From OCS155 cluster bacterium AG-333-G23 (GTDB lineage Bacteria; Actinomycetota; Acidimicrobiia; Actinomarinales; Actinomarinaceae), in contig QBZE01000002.1 of assembly GCA_003282445.1 (NCBI GenBank), positions 8,752 through 72,751 of the forward strand: a stretch of DNA of 64,000 bases, in the 5' to 3' direction. The notes under the pieces are model-generated. The model did no database searches, was not told where the DNA came from, and saw only the letters and a list, made by a program, of their open reading frames with translations. Of the stretch, positions 41,500 through 50,861 are shown piece by piece. The number at the start of each line of letters is the position of its first letter. Within the stretch, counting starts at the first letter, position 1. Position numbers and translations under genes: made by a program.

Positions 41500-42614
41500 A
41501 AATCTTCAATCTTATCTTTAGCATACGCCATAGTTAGTCCAATAAAAATAGCTACCATTGCTGATCCACCATAGGCTATAAATGGCAAAACAATACCTGT
41601 TATTGGTAAAAGCCCGACAATACCACCTAAATTAAATACTGTTTGAATTAAAACCCATGAACCCATTCCAACAAAATATAATCTTATAAAATCATCCCCA
41701 CTAGTTAAACCAAGTCCGAAAAATGAGATTATCAATGAAACTAAACCGATAATTAATAAGAGAAGACCAATAAATCCATACTCCTCTGCTGCTATCGAAG
41801 CAATAAAATCTGACCACGCATTTGGAAGACTGCCCCATCTAGCTCTTGAGGTCCCAGGCCCCAAACCAAATAACCCACCAGAACTTATTGCAACTTTACT
41901 CTGGAACAATTGATAACATTCATCAGCTAACAATTCTGAGTCAATGTTTGTACCTTCACATATTTTGTCATACCAAATACTGAATCTTCTATTTCTATAA
42001 CCCATAATATTTATAGCTATATATGTTGGTATTGGAGATAAAGCTAATATTAATAACGGATATCTTAATTTAATTTCAGAAAACAATAATTGCATTAAAA
42101 TAATTCCCGAAATAGTTAACGTAGTTCCGAAGTCCGGCTCTAATAATACTAAAATTGAACATAATGCTGGGAGAGTTAAGGCTTTTCTTAAATTGTAAAA
42201 ATCAGATTTATCACTTTCAATATTTGATAAGTGATAAGCAATAAATAAAATTATTATTGGTTTGGCAAACTCACTTGGTTGAATATTAACATCCCCTAAA
42301 TCTATCCATCTTCTACTTCCACCTGCTACTACTCCATAGGTAAGGACTAAAAATAAAATCCCTGTGATTGTCAACATACCAGAACTGGCTAATTTTTTAT
42401 AATATTCTTTTGATAATTTTTTTCCAATATTAAAAATTATTAGACCTATAACTATTGATCCTATGTGTCGTTTAATTAAATGAAAGTTATCATTATATTC
42501 TTTTAAGCCTCTAACGGAAGATGCTGATAAATTTAGTAATATTCCAATAGTTACAAGAAACGATATCGAGATTACATTAATTCTTTTAAAGACAGTATTA
42601 CTCAATTTAAGCAT
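41496..42614 (-). CDS. ftsW: Peptidoglycan glycosyltransferase FtsW (SEDS family)
   Basis: 372 aa. 10 TM helices with SEDS motifs ('GSRRWI', 'EFAKP'). Confidence 0.85.
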   Translation of the reverse strand: MLKLSNTVFKRINVISISFLVTIGILLNLSASSVRGLKEYNDNFHLIKRHIGSIVIGLIIFNIGKKLSKEYYKKLASSGMLTITGILFLVLTYGVVAGGSRRWIDLGDVNIQPSEFAKPIIILFIAYHLSNIESDKSDFYNLRKALTLPALCSILVLLEPDFGTTLTISGIILMQLLFSEIKLRYPLLILALSPIPTYIAINIMGYRNRRFSIWYDKICEGTNIDSELLADECYQLFQSKVAISSGGLFGLGPGTSRARWGSLPNAWSDFIASIAAEEYGFIGLLLLIIGLVSLIISFFGLGLTSGDDFIRLYFVGMGSWVLIQTVFNLGGIVGLLPITGIVLPFIAYGGSAMVAIFIGLTMAYAKDKIEDL

Positions 42615-43797
42615 TTCTATCCTTTATATTTGAAACAACAGTTTTAAAAAAATTACCTCTTTCTTGATAATTTTTAAAATCATTGAAGCTTGCTCCCCCA
42701 CAAGAGAACAAAACGGTATCACCTGGTTTTATGATCTCTATAAGAACTTGCTCTATATCGAATATTGATTTTATTTTGATTATTTTGGCGTTTGCCTTAC
42801 TTAAATCAATCTCCATATCTTCAGGAACTAAAATAGTCTTAACCTTTTTAGATATTTTTAAATCTTTAGAACTAATATTTTTTGTTAAACCATGTAAAAG
42901 CAAAATTCCATTGTTTATTTTTGTAGTAGCCATTGAAAGTGAGTTAAAGTTTGTAGATTTTGAGTCATTAATATAAGTGACATCATTAACTTTATCTACT
43001 AATTCAAACCTGTGAGCTTCTGTCTTGTAATTTAGTAAAAATTCATCAAAAGAATTATTCGTTATCCCTAAATCACCAACGGTTTTTATAAATGAATAAA
43101 CAGTGTCTTCATGCAAGTTAAGTTTTGATACTATGTCTTGAATTCCTGCTGATTTAAATAATAATTCTTTAGTCTTTTTTTCTGGATAGATTGTTCCTGA
43201 TTCATTTAAAGATATATTTTCATTTTTATGCATAAATTTTAAAATCTTTAATTTTGCATTACTGTAGTCATCAAAATCTGAATGCCAATCTAAATGGTCT
43301 TCAAAAATGTTTAAAACAATAGCTTTATATAAATTTAAATTATTTAAGTAATAAAGCTGAAAACTTGATAGTTCCATTACAACATATTCATAATCTTCGG
43401 AGACAATCTCCAGAGGAGATTTCCCCACATTACCAACTGCAATAGATTTTATTTGATGTGAATTTAGATAATCTGTTAATAAATTAACAAAAGTTGTTTT
43501 ACCATTAGTTCCCGTAACTCCAATTATTTTACCTTTATAGAATTGATTAAATAAATCAATATCTGTATTAATTGTCAATCCTTGAGAATTGATCTCAATC
43601 AACATAGGGTGGGTAGGTTTTATTCCTGGGGAAATAATTACTTCATCTATTTCATTAAATTTTTTCTTATCAAAAATGAGATGATTTTCAATATTTAAAT
43701 TTTTATCATCATGAATTAAATATTCAATTTTATTCTTTTGAAAATAACTTTCTACTGATTTACCAGTTACCCCGTATCCAAAAATTAGTTTCTTCAC
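42607..43797 (-). CDS. murD: UDP-N-acetylmuramoylalanine--D-glutamate ligase
   Basis: 396 aa. 'GVTGTNGKTT' P-loop. Positioned between mraY and ftsW. Confidence 0.85.
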   Translation of the reverse strand: MKKLIFGYGVTGKSVESYFQKNKIEYLIHDDKNLNIENHLIFDKKKFNEIDEVIISPGIKPTHPMLIEINSQGLTINTDIDLFNQFYKGKIIGVTGTNGKTTFVNLLTDYLNSHQIKSIAVGNVGKSPLEIVSEDYEYVVMELSSFQLYYLNNLNLYKAIVLNIFEDHLDWHSDFDDYSNAKLKILKFMHKNENISLNESGTIYPEKKTKELLFKSAGIQDIVSKLNLHEDTVYSFIKTVGDLGITNNSFDEFLLNYKTEAHRFELVDKVNDVTYINDSKSTNFNSLSMATTKINNGILLLHGLTKNISSKDLKISKKVKTILVPEDMEIDLSKANAKIIKIKSIFDIEQVLIEIIKPGDTVLFSCGGASFNDFKNYQERGNFFKTVVSNIKDRNA

Positions 43798-44856
43798 TTA
43801 ATTACCAAACAAGACCCAATCGCCGTAGAAAAGACCTAGCCCTATTACAATAACTATTCCGTTTATAATCCAAAACCTAACAATAATTGTAGTTTCTGCC
43901 CAATTACTCATTTCAAAATGATGATGTATAGGAGTCATTTTAAAAACTCTTTTGCCTCTATATTTGAAAGATAATACCTGAATTATTACAGATAGAGCTT
44001 CACCAATATAAAGAAAACAAAAGAATAATATTAATGTATCAGCTCCTATTGCAAATAAAATTAAAGGAAACATTGAGCCTATAAATTGAGATCCTACATC
44101 TCCCATTATTATTTTAGCTGGGTTGGTGTTCCACCATAAAAAGCCAAGACAAGAACCTGCAATTGAAGAGATTAAAACTGCCAATTCAACTGAAATAAAT
44201 ACAGGATTTATAAAATTAGAATAATAATCTGGGTGTCTGAATATCCAGAAAGCAATTATTAAAATAGCACCAAAAGAAACAGCTGAACTGCCAGCAACTA
44301 ATCCGTCCAAACCATCTGTTAAATTAACAGCATTAGTAATTCCAACAATAATAAATATAATTAAAAACCATTTAAGTAAGCCTACATCAATGCCAAAGCC
44401 ACTAAATAAATAAAAAATAGTAGAATCATCTAAAAAATAGAAATAATAACTTGCTAGTAATGCAACAAGTGTTTGAAGTATAAATTTATTTCTGGCTTTA
44501 AGACCTAAATTTCTATTTTGTGTAACTTTCAAATAATCATCAACTAAGCCGACTACACCCATAAGAGTTCCTATTAGTAAAAGATAAAAAATTTGTGGAT
44601 TAATTGATAACAATTCAATTTTAAAACCCTTACCAATAGTCCAAAAATTTATATGCGATAAAACAAATCCAACAAAAGTTCCCAGTATTAGGAATACGCC
44701 ACCCATAGTGGGTGTACCTTTTTTATGATCATGAAAATTTAATTCTTCACGTATTGGTTGTCCAATATTTCGAGTTTTAAAATAATTTACTCCAATTGAC
44801 GTTGAAAATATAACAAATAAAAAACTTAAACCTCCAGCGACAATTATCCCTATCAT
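43798..44856 (-). CDS. mraY: Phospho-N-acetylmuramoyl-pentapeptide transferase
   Basis: 352 aa. 'NLTDGLDGL' and 'HHHFE' catalytic motifs. Confidence 0.95.
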   Translation of the reverse strand: MIGIIVAGGLSFLFVIFSTSIGVNYFKTRNIGQPIREELNFHDHKKGTPTMGGVFLILGTFVGFVLSHINFWTIGKGFKIELLSINPQIFYLLLIGTLMGVVGLVDDYLKVTQNRNLGLKARNKFILQTLVALLASYYFYFLDDSTIFYLFSGFGIDVGLLKWFLIIFIIVGITNAVNLTDGLDGLVAGSSAVSFGAILIIAFWIFRHPDYYSNFINPVFISVELAVLISSIAGSCLGFLWWNTNPAKIIMGDVGSQFIGSMFPLILFAIGADTLILFFCFLYIGEALSVIIQVLSFKYRGKRVFKMTPIHHHFEMSNWAETTIIVRFWIINGIVIVIGLGLFYGDWVLFGN

Positions 44857-46268
44857 GAGTTTTCCTTAATATATTTATTCACTACGTCTTGATCACTAAA
44901 TTTAATTGAAGAACTTTCAAATTCTTGAATTTTTTCATGACCTTTTCCTAGGATTAATAATACAGAATCTTTGTCAAGATTATTAATTCCTTCTATTATT
45001 GCTTCTTTCCGATCAAGAATTACTTTTGTTTCTTTATTTAATTTAATCCCTTTTAAAATCTCTTTAGCAATGTCTTCTTCATTTTCATTTCTAGGATTAT
45101 CATTAGTAATTATTATTTGATCTGCCAGATTTACTGATTTACCCATCAGTATCCTCTTTTCTTTATCTCTATTTCCACCGGCTCCAAAAATAACAATAAC
45201 TTTACGATATTTATTTTTTACAAAATTAATTACTTGAGTAATTGATTCAGGTGTATGTGCAAAGTCAATGATTACATCATTATTTTTTTTATATTTAATT
45301 ATTTCAAATCTTCCTATTGGATTCATTAAAGATGTTGATGCTTCTAATATGTTTTCTAAATTAGATATTTCTGAAAAATATGCCATTGAAAGAGCTAATA
45401 GATAATTCAAATGAGACTCAGGACCAGATAAAGGAACTGTAATTTCAAAACTTTTTCCTTCTATTTCAAAAGTTAAATCATATTTTTCTTTATCAATATT
45501 TATTTTTTTAATATACAAATTATTTTTCTTACTTCTTCCAATACTAAAAGATGGTATCTTCGATAATGAATTTATTTTATTGCCCCAATCTGAGTCAATA
45601 TATACTAACTTTTCAGATACATTATTTGAAAACAGTTTTAATTTAGAATTGAAGTAGTTTTCAATATTTTTATGATAATCAAAATGATCCTGTGATAGAT
45701 TTGTAAATCCTGATATTTTAAACTTTAGTCCTTTTAGCCTTTCTTGTTCTAAGGCATGAGATGAAACCTCAATTATCACATTATTAATATCTTTATTTTC
45801 ATTTAAACCTAGTAGCTTCAAAATATTAAATAACTTTGGAGTAGTTAAATGTTCTTCATTTGTAACTTTTTTAAATATATCTTCTTCAGTAGTGCCAACA
45901 AAAAGAGAGGGGTCATTAATAAGCTGGTTTAAATAGAAACCTGTAGTAGTTTTACCATTTGTGCCAGTAATACCATAAAAATTTTTGCCTTGGTATCCTG
46001 GACATAATTTTATGAGAACTTCATTATATTTTTCTTCATAATTTTTAACCTTTATTATTTTTTCGTTTGAAATAGAACAATTCTCACTTGTTACAATTGT
46101 TTGTAAATTTTTATCAAGAGCTTCACTAATATATTTTTCTAATTTTTCTTTAGATTCATGATTTATAAATAAAACCGAATTGTCTGTAATATCAAGTGTG
46201 CTGTTTATTATTTGATTTGAGTTAAGTTCTTTAATTAAAGAAAGCTCATCGTTATTTAAAGTATTCAT
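44853..46268 (-). CDS. murE: UDP-N-acetylmuramoyl-L-alanyl-D-glutamate--2,6-diaminopimelate ligase (MurE, meso-DAP type)
   Basis: 471 aa. 'GITGTNGKTTT', 'HLTTP', 'EVSSHAL', 'GKGHE' and the MurE-specific 'DNPR' motif ('ITNDNPRNE'). It is therefore MurE, not MurF. Confidence 0.85.
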   Translation of the reverse strand: MNTLNNDELSLIKELNSNQIINSTLDITDNSVLFINHESKEKLEKYISEALDKNLQTIVTSENCSISNEKIIKVKNYEEKYNEVLIKLCPGYQGKNFYGITGTNGKTTTGFYLNQLINDPSLFVGTTEEDIFKKVTNEEHLTTPKLFNILKLLGLNENKDINNVIIEVSSHALEQERLKGLKFKISGFTNLSQDHFDYHKNIENYFNSKLKLFSNNVSEKLVYIDSDWGNKINSLSKIPSFSIGRSKKNNLYIKKINIDKEKYDLTFEIEGKSFEITVPLSGPESHLNYLLALSMAYFSEISNLENILEASTSLMNPIGRFEIIKYKKNNDVIIDFAHTPESITQVINFVKNKYRKVIVIFGAGGNRDKEKRILMGKSVNLADQIIITNDNPRNENEEDIAKEILKGIKLNKETKVILDRKEAIIEGINNLDKDSVLLILGKGHEKIQEFESSSIKFSDQDVVNKYIKENS

Positions 46269-46270
46269 TG

Positions 46271-47944
46271 CTACTCCTTCGGCGCAAAGTAGCTTATTAT
46301 TTTTTTAAATATTGGCGCTGCTGTAGAGCCTCCTGTAACATATTCTGATGTGGGGTTAGTTTTTGCTCCCCAAAGAAGTACTGACCCTACTATCGGTCCT
46401 TCCTTAGTTTCAACAAAGCCAGTAAAAGAAGTATTAAACCTATCTTCTGAGTACCCAACACCTTCTAAGTGAGTTCTACTTGTTCCTGTTTTTCCACCAA
46501 TAATATATCCTTCTTTTCTAAGAGATTTACCAGTTCCATTCTCTCCTTCTACAACATTTATTAATAGTTTTTTTAATCGACTTGACATTTCAGCACTTAT
46601 TATTTCTATATCTTCCACATCAACATTATCTTTTTGAGTTAGTGTTAATTTTACATCGTTACCACCATTAGCGATGATGCTATAAGCTCTAACCATTTGA
46701 TATTGAGAAACATTTACAGAGTACCCAATAGAAAGAGAGCTTAAACAAGTCACACAACGTTTATAATCAATAAACCCACCCCTTGTTTCTCCTGTTAACT
46801 CAACTCCAGTTTTTTTTCCAAAACCAAATTTCATTAAAAAATTTTCTATTTCTGATACATTAGAATTTTGTGTAATCTTTATTGTTCCAACATTAGATGA
46901 CCTTTCAATAATTTCTTTTACAGTCAATTCGTATGGGTCATGCTTTAAAAAGTCTCTAAAACAGCCTTTGAGTCCTTCATAAGTCTTATTGCATGATTCT
47001 TCAATAATCTCAATCTTGTCTTCGACATAATAAGTATCATTTTCATTTACTTCATTCTTTTCAAGTAGAGAGCCTACTGTAAATATCTTCAGTGCTGATC
47101 CTGGTTCATATAAAGCTCTTCCACTTATTAGATTTATATTAAAATATTTGTTATTAGTACTAGATTTTTCTGCAGAAATAATTATTTCCCCATTTTCTGC
47201 ATTCACAAATACAACAGAACATTTAAATGCTTGTGTTGCTTTAAGAGCCTCTGAACAGAGGTTTTCGGATATATATTGTAATTCAGAGTCTATTGATAAT
47301 ATTAAATCTTCACCATGAACTGGATCCAAAATGCTACTTTTACCTTGTGGTATAAAATCACCATTTGGAGCTGCTTCGTATCTTAGTTCTCCATCTGTAC
47401 CCTTCAAACTATTGTCAAAATATAGCTCTAAACCCTCTATGCCATTACCATCAGGGTCTACATGACCAATAATTTGTTTTAGTGAATCTGAATATAATAT
47501 TCTTTTAGAAGATTTTTCAACATTAATGCCTTTGTAGTTCCAATTATTGATTTTTGTTCCTATTTCAAAATCTACATTCCTTTTTAAATAAAAATAGTTT
47601 TTATTATTTTTTAGCCTTTCAAATATTGTTACTTTATCAAGCTGTAATAAAGGAGCTAAAAGTTCAGAAACTAATTCTTTATCATCAATTTGCTCAGGAT
47701 AAATTCCTATATTAAAAGCATTAATAGTTTCTGAAACTTCATTAAATTCTCTATCAAGAATTGAACCTCTTTTTGCTTCAATTATGTCAATTTTTTGACG
47801 GTTTGATAAAGCTTGATTTTTAAAATATTCTGAATCTGAAAACTGAAGTTTGTATATTTCTTCTATAAATAAAACCGAAGTAAATAGAACAAAGATATTT
47901 AATAGTATAAATAAGCTACTTACCTTTATTTTTTTTAAATTCAT
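46271..47944 (-). CDS. ftsI: Penicillin-binding protein (FtsI / PBP3-like class B transpeptidase)
   Basis: 557 aa. N-terminal TM anchor, dimerisation domain, and transpeptidase motifs 'SALK' (SxxK), 'SSN' and 'KTG'. Confidence 0.85.
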   Translation of the reverse strand: MNLKKIKVSSLFILLNIFVLFTSVLFIEEIYKLQFSDSEYFKNQALSNRQKIDIIEAKRGSILDREFNEVSETINAFNIGIYPEQIDDKELVSELLAPLLQLDKVTIFERLKNNKNYFYLKRNVDFEIGTKINNWNYKGINVEKSSKRILYSDSLKQIIGHVDPDGNGIEGLELYFDNSLKGTDGELRYEAAPNGDFIPQGKSSILDPVHGEDLILSIDSELQYISENLCSEALKATQAFKCSVVFVNAENGEIIISAEKSSTNNKYFNINLISGRALYEPGSALKIFTVGSLLEKNEVNENDTYYVEDKIEIIEESCNKTYEGLKGCFRDFLKHDPYELTVKEIIERSSNVGTIKITQNSNVSEIENFLMKFGFGKKTGVELTGETRGGFIDYKRCVTCLSSLSIGYSVNVSQYQMVRAYSIIANGGNDVKLTLTQKDNVDVEDIEIISAEMSSRLKKLLINVVEGENGTGKSLRKEGYIIGGKTGTSRTHLEGVGYSEDRFNTSFTGFVETKEGPIVGSVLLWGAKTNPTSEYVTGGSTAAPIFKKIISYFAPKE

Positions 47945-47946
47945 AA

Positions 47947-48270
47947 TTATTTACCAAAACCTAATATTGCAATTTTTTCAGTTCGTTCATAATTTAATTT
48001 ATAAGGTATTTCCAACTTATTTATTTTTTGTGATATTTCTAATCTTTCATAAGAATGGTTCTTCGCTAATTTTTCTAAACTACTTATTGAATAACTTTCA
48101 TGATGTTTTAAGTCAATCGTATTTTTGCTTCTTTCTAAATAATATATCTCAGAATTTAGTTCATTGATTTTATTAGACAATTCATTAATTTTTATATTTA
48201 AAATAAGAGGCACCGAGACAACAAGGAAAGTTAATAAGTATATTGAGGTAAAAAAGATTGATCTTTTCAT
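47947..48270 (-). CDS. ftsL: FtsL-like cell division protein (septum formation initiator family)
   Basis: 107 aa. One TM helix then a coiled coil ('NKINELNSEIYYLERSKN'). Conserved slot between rsmH and ftsI. Confidence 0.5.
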   Translation of the reverse strand: MKRSIFFTSIYLLTFLVVSVPLILNIKINELSNKINELNSEIYYLERSKNTIDLKHHESYSISSLEKLAKNHSYERLEISQKINKLEIPYKLNYERTEKIAILGFGK

Positions 48271-49184
48271 AATTTAACCACATACCTCATAATTGCTGAT
48301 TTTGATCTTGGATTTGATTCTTTTTCTTTTTCTGTTGGTAAATACTTTTTTTTTCCTGGATAAGAATATTGTTGTTCAACATCACATTTACAAATTGGAA
48401 CACTGGGTTCACAGATACAGAAAGTAGTTAGTTCGTTGAAAAATTTTTTTACTATTTTATCTTCTAAAGAATGATATGAAATACAAAGAATTATTCCCTT
48501 CTTTTTTATAGATTTCTTAATTGAATTAAGTGAAAAAGTAATTTCATTTAATTCATCGTTAACTTCAATTCTTAAAGCCTGAAAAATTCTCCTAATTGTC
48601 TTTTCAGTAAAGACTGGGTTCTGCCTAGGCAAAGCTTCTTTTATGGCTTTAACAAGTTCATTTGTTGTTAGTACTGGCCTAGATTCAATAATTTTTTTAC
48701 TAATTTTATTAGAATATCTATCTTCACTGTAAGCTTTTAATACTTTTGTTAATTTTTCTTCAGAGTAATTATTTACGATAGATGCTGCGGATAAATCTTG
48801 TAACATATCCATTCTCATATCGAGTGGTGAATTGTTTTGAAATGAAAATCCTCTATGCTTTGAATCTATCTGATGAGAAGATAATCCAAAATCATACATA
48901 ATACCGCTCAGAGGAAGGTGATTATTTTGAGATAAATATTTATATATATCAGAAAAATTTAAATGATAAACATTATGAACACTATTGCTATTGTTAATTG
49001 ATTCTAAATCTCTATCGAAACCAATAAAATTTAAATGATCATGAATAGTAGATAAATTAAAATGGGAACCGAACCCATAAGTAGCATCTACAAAATTTCC
49101 AGTTGGTACATCTTTAATTATGGAAGAAATCTCTTCCAACATAACGCCTTCATGTGGCAAATACTCGGCCCTGTTTGTATTCAT
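48267..49184 (-). CDS. rsmH: 16S rRNA (cytosine1402-N4)-methyltransferase RsmH (MraW)
   Basis: 305 aa. 'VDATYGFGSH' SAM-binding motif and 'FDRD' motif. Confidence 0.9.
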   Translation of the reverse strand: MNTNRAEYLPHEGVMLEEISSIIKDVPTGNFVDATYGFGSHFNLSTIHDHLNFIGFDRDLESINNSNSVHNVYHLNFSDIYKYLSQNNHLPLSGIMYDFGLSSHQIDSKHRGFSFQNNSPLDMRMDMLQDLSAASIVNNYSEEKLTKVLKAYSEDRYSNKISKKIIESRPVLTTNELVKAIKEALPRQNPVFTEKTIRRIFQALRIEVNDELNEITFSLNSIKKSIKKKGIILCISYHSLEDKIVKKFFNELTTFCICEPSVPICKCDVEQQYSYPGKKKYLPTEKEKESNPRSKSAIMRYVVKL

Positions 49185-49271
49185 ACCCAGCTCTCTAGTA
49201 CTGGCACCAATTGGAAAGTTGGGCGGAGTAAGGGTATTCCAATTTAGTTGTCTAGAGAGCTGGCTATGAAC

Positions 49272-49697
49272 TTATCCTTTCACTTCATTAATATTTGCAA
49301 ATGCTTTATCAGCGTCATTTTGAATTTTTTTCCAAACTTTTGTTGACCAAATTTCAATAACAGGGCCTGAACCTGTAACAGTTACGTCATCATTTATTCC
49401 GATTTCACTGTATTTTCTAAGATTTTCAGGTATTTGTATTCTTCCTGCTGAATCTAATTTAGAATCTATAGCCCCGCTGAATAAAGCTCTACGCAATTGT
49501 CTTGATGTTTTTTCTGTAGAAGGAAGGGAAGCCATCTTTTCAGATTCATCCAACCAATTTTTCGTAGTAAGCACTTGAAGACAGTTATCAAGTCCCTTAG
49601 TGACCACACAGCCCTGTTGAAGCTCTTTTCTGAATTTCGAAGGTATTACTACCCTTCCCTTCGAATCCATCGTATGTCTAAATTCACCAAGGAACAC
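49272..49697 (-). CDS. mraZ: Transcriptional regulator MraZ. Start placed at GTG 49697 (giving 'MFLGEF...', the usual MraZ N-terminus), preceded by SD 'GGCGGAGA'. The track start (49766) and the internal ATG (49736) lie inside or upstream of the predicted -10 box.
   Basis: Two MraZ/SpoVT-AbrB repeats: 'FLGEFRHTMDSKGRVVIPSKFR' and 'AIDSKLDSAGRIQIPENLR'. Confidence 0.85.
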   Translation of the reverse strand: MFLGEFRHTMDSKGRVVIPSKFRKELQQGCVVTKGLDNCLQVLTTKNWLDESEKMASLPSTEKTSRQLRRALFSGAIDSKLDSAGRIQIPENLRKYSEIGINDDVTVTGSGPVIEIWSTKVWKKIQNDADKAFANINEVKG

Positions 49698-49763
49698 TTT
49701 TCTCCGCCTTTCGTGCCTTGAACCACTTTTAAACATTATATGACACTTTCTGACACTGCGCAA
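49694..49763 (-). promoter_or_regulatory. Putative mraZ promoter (TTGCGC-N17-TATAAT) with GTGTCA / AAGTG[GT] direct repeats (candidate MraZ operator)
   Basis: Minus-strand read: TTGCGC (49763-49758), 17-nt spacer AGTGTCAGAAAGTGTCA containing two GTGTCA repeats 10 nt apart, then TATAAT (49740-49735). Further AAGTGG (49728-49723) and AAGTGT (49699-49694) repeats lie downstream, the last overlapping the GTG start. Confidence 0.4.
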
Positions 49764-49782
49764 CACAAAAAGATAAAAAAAA

Positions 49783-50295
49783 TTATGCTGAAATTAGGTA
49801 TTCTTTCCATTCAGGATCAGGGTTAGATCCTATAATTGTTTTAATCCAAAAATTACCTTCTGGTTTAATAGGAAAGTTTTTTAGTTTCAAGATTGTTTGA
49901 CTTAATAATTTATCAGCTTTAATTAAATTGCATCTTTTACAACAAGCAACAACATTTGACCACACATTTTCACCACCTTTTGATTTTGGAATTATATGAT
50001 CTATTGACTCAGCACTGCTCCCACAGTACTGACATGTGTTGAAATCTCTTATGAATATATTAGAACGATTTAAGGCTACTCTTCTTGCATAAGGTGCTTT
50101 CACGTAATAAGTTAGTAAAGCCACTTTTGGAACAGTTATAATTTCATTTTCTGAACGTATTTGAAGATTTGATTCTTTAAGAACATTTATTTTTTTTGAT
50201 AATAAAAGTGCAACGGATCTTTTTGCTGATGCAATTGAAAGGGGTTGGAAAGTAGAATTTAAAATGAGTGTGCGATGAGAATTAAAATTATTCAT
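49783..50295 (-). CDS. HNH endonuclease family protein (COG1403-like)
   Basis: 170 aa. 'CQYCGSSAESIDHIIPKSKGGENVWSNVVACCKRCNLIKAD' gives a C-x2-C ... H ... N ... C-x2-C beta-beta-alpha-Me HNH motif with a zinc knuckle. The N-terminal 100 aa is uncharacterised. Confidence 0.7.
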   Translation of the reverse strand: MNNFNSHRTLILNSTFQPLSIASAKRSVALLLSKKINVLKESNLQIRSENEIITVPKVALLTYYVKAPYARRVALNRSNIFIRDFNTCQYCGSSAESIDHIIPKSKGGENVWSNVVACCKRCNLIKADKLLSQTILKLKNFPIKPEGNFWIKTIIGSNPDPEWKEYLISA

Positions 50296-50321
50296 AGATA
50301 ATATAATTTTTTTTATTTTTA

Positions 50322-50813
50322 CTATGCTTGCTTTTGTTGACTAAGTACATCCTCTTCTACTTTAGTCAGTAAATTTAAAAATCTTTCTTTATCTAATTCA
50401 AATTTAGAAACATCTTCTCTAACTTCTTTTGTAACTTCGTCAATTGTTTCAAAAAAAGCTAGCTGTCCTGATTTCAACGCATCAAAAACTTTATCATCCT
50501 CTACTGTATAAATAGTTTCACCATCGGAGACAAGTTTTACTTCTGATAGTTGATCTTGAAGGTTTCCATTCCTTGTTAAATATTTCCACGCTCTTCTAAC
50601 TCTTTGAATACTCATGCCGTTATCTAAAAGAGTTTTAATAACTCTTAGTGAAACAATATCTCTAAAAGAATAAAGCTTAGGAACCCCTGGTTTTCCATTT
50701 GATGACTGAATTGTTGGAGAAACTAATCCTACTTTATCCCAATATCTTAATTGATGTGAAGTACATGCTGATAAATAGCATGCTTGTTTAGATGTAAATG
50801 CATCTTTCTTCAA
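50322..50813 (-). CDS. MerR-family transcriptional regulator
   Basis: 163 aa. N-terminal HTH 'FTSKQACYLSACTSHQLRYWDKVGLVSP' (MerR-type). Comparable MerR-like genes lie near the dcw/pknL region in other Actinobacteria (e.g. the Rv2175c type). Confidence 0.65.
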   Translation of the reverse strand: MKKDAFTSKQACYLSACTSHQLRYWDKVGLVSPTIQSSNGKPGVPKLYSFRDIVSLRVIKTLLDNGMSIQRVRRAWKYLTRNGNLQDQLSEVKLVSDGETIYTVEDDKVFDALKSGQLAFFETIDEVTKEVREDVSKFELDKERFLNLLTKVEEDVLSQQKQA

Positions 50814-50861
50814 AATCCTTACTCCTTAAAAAAAATGATGTATTATTTAATTTAATTTATT

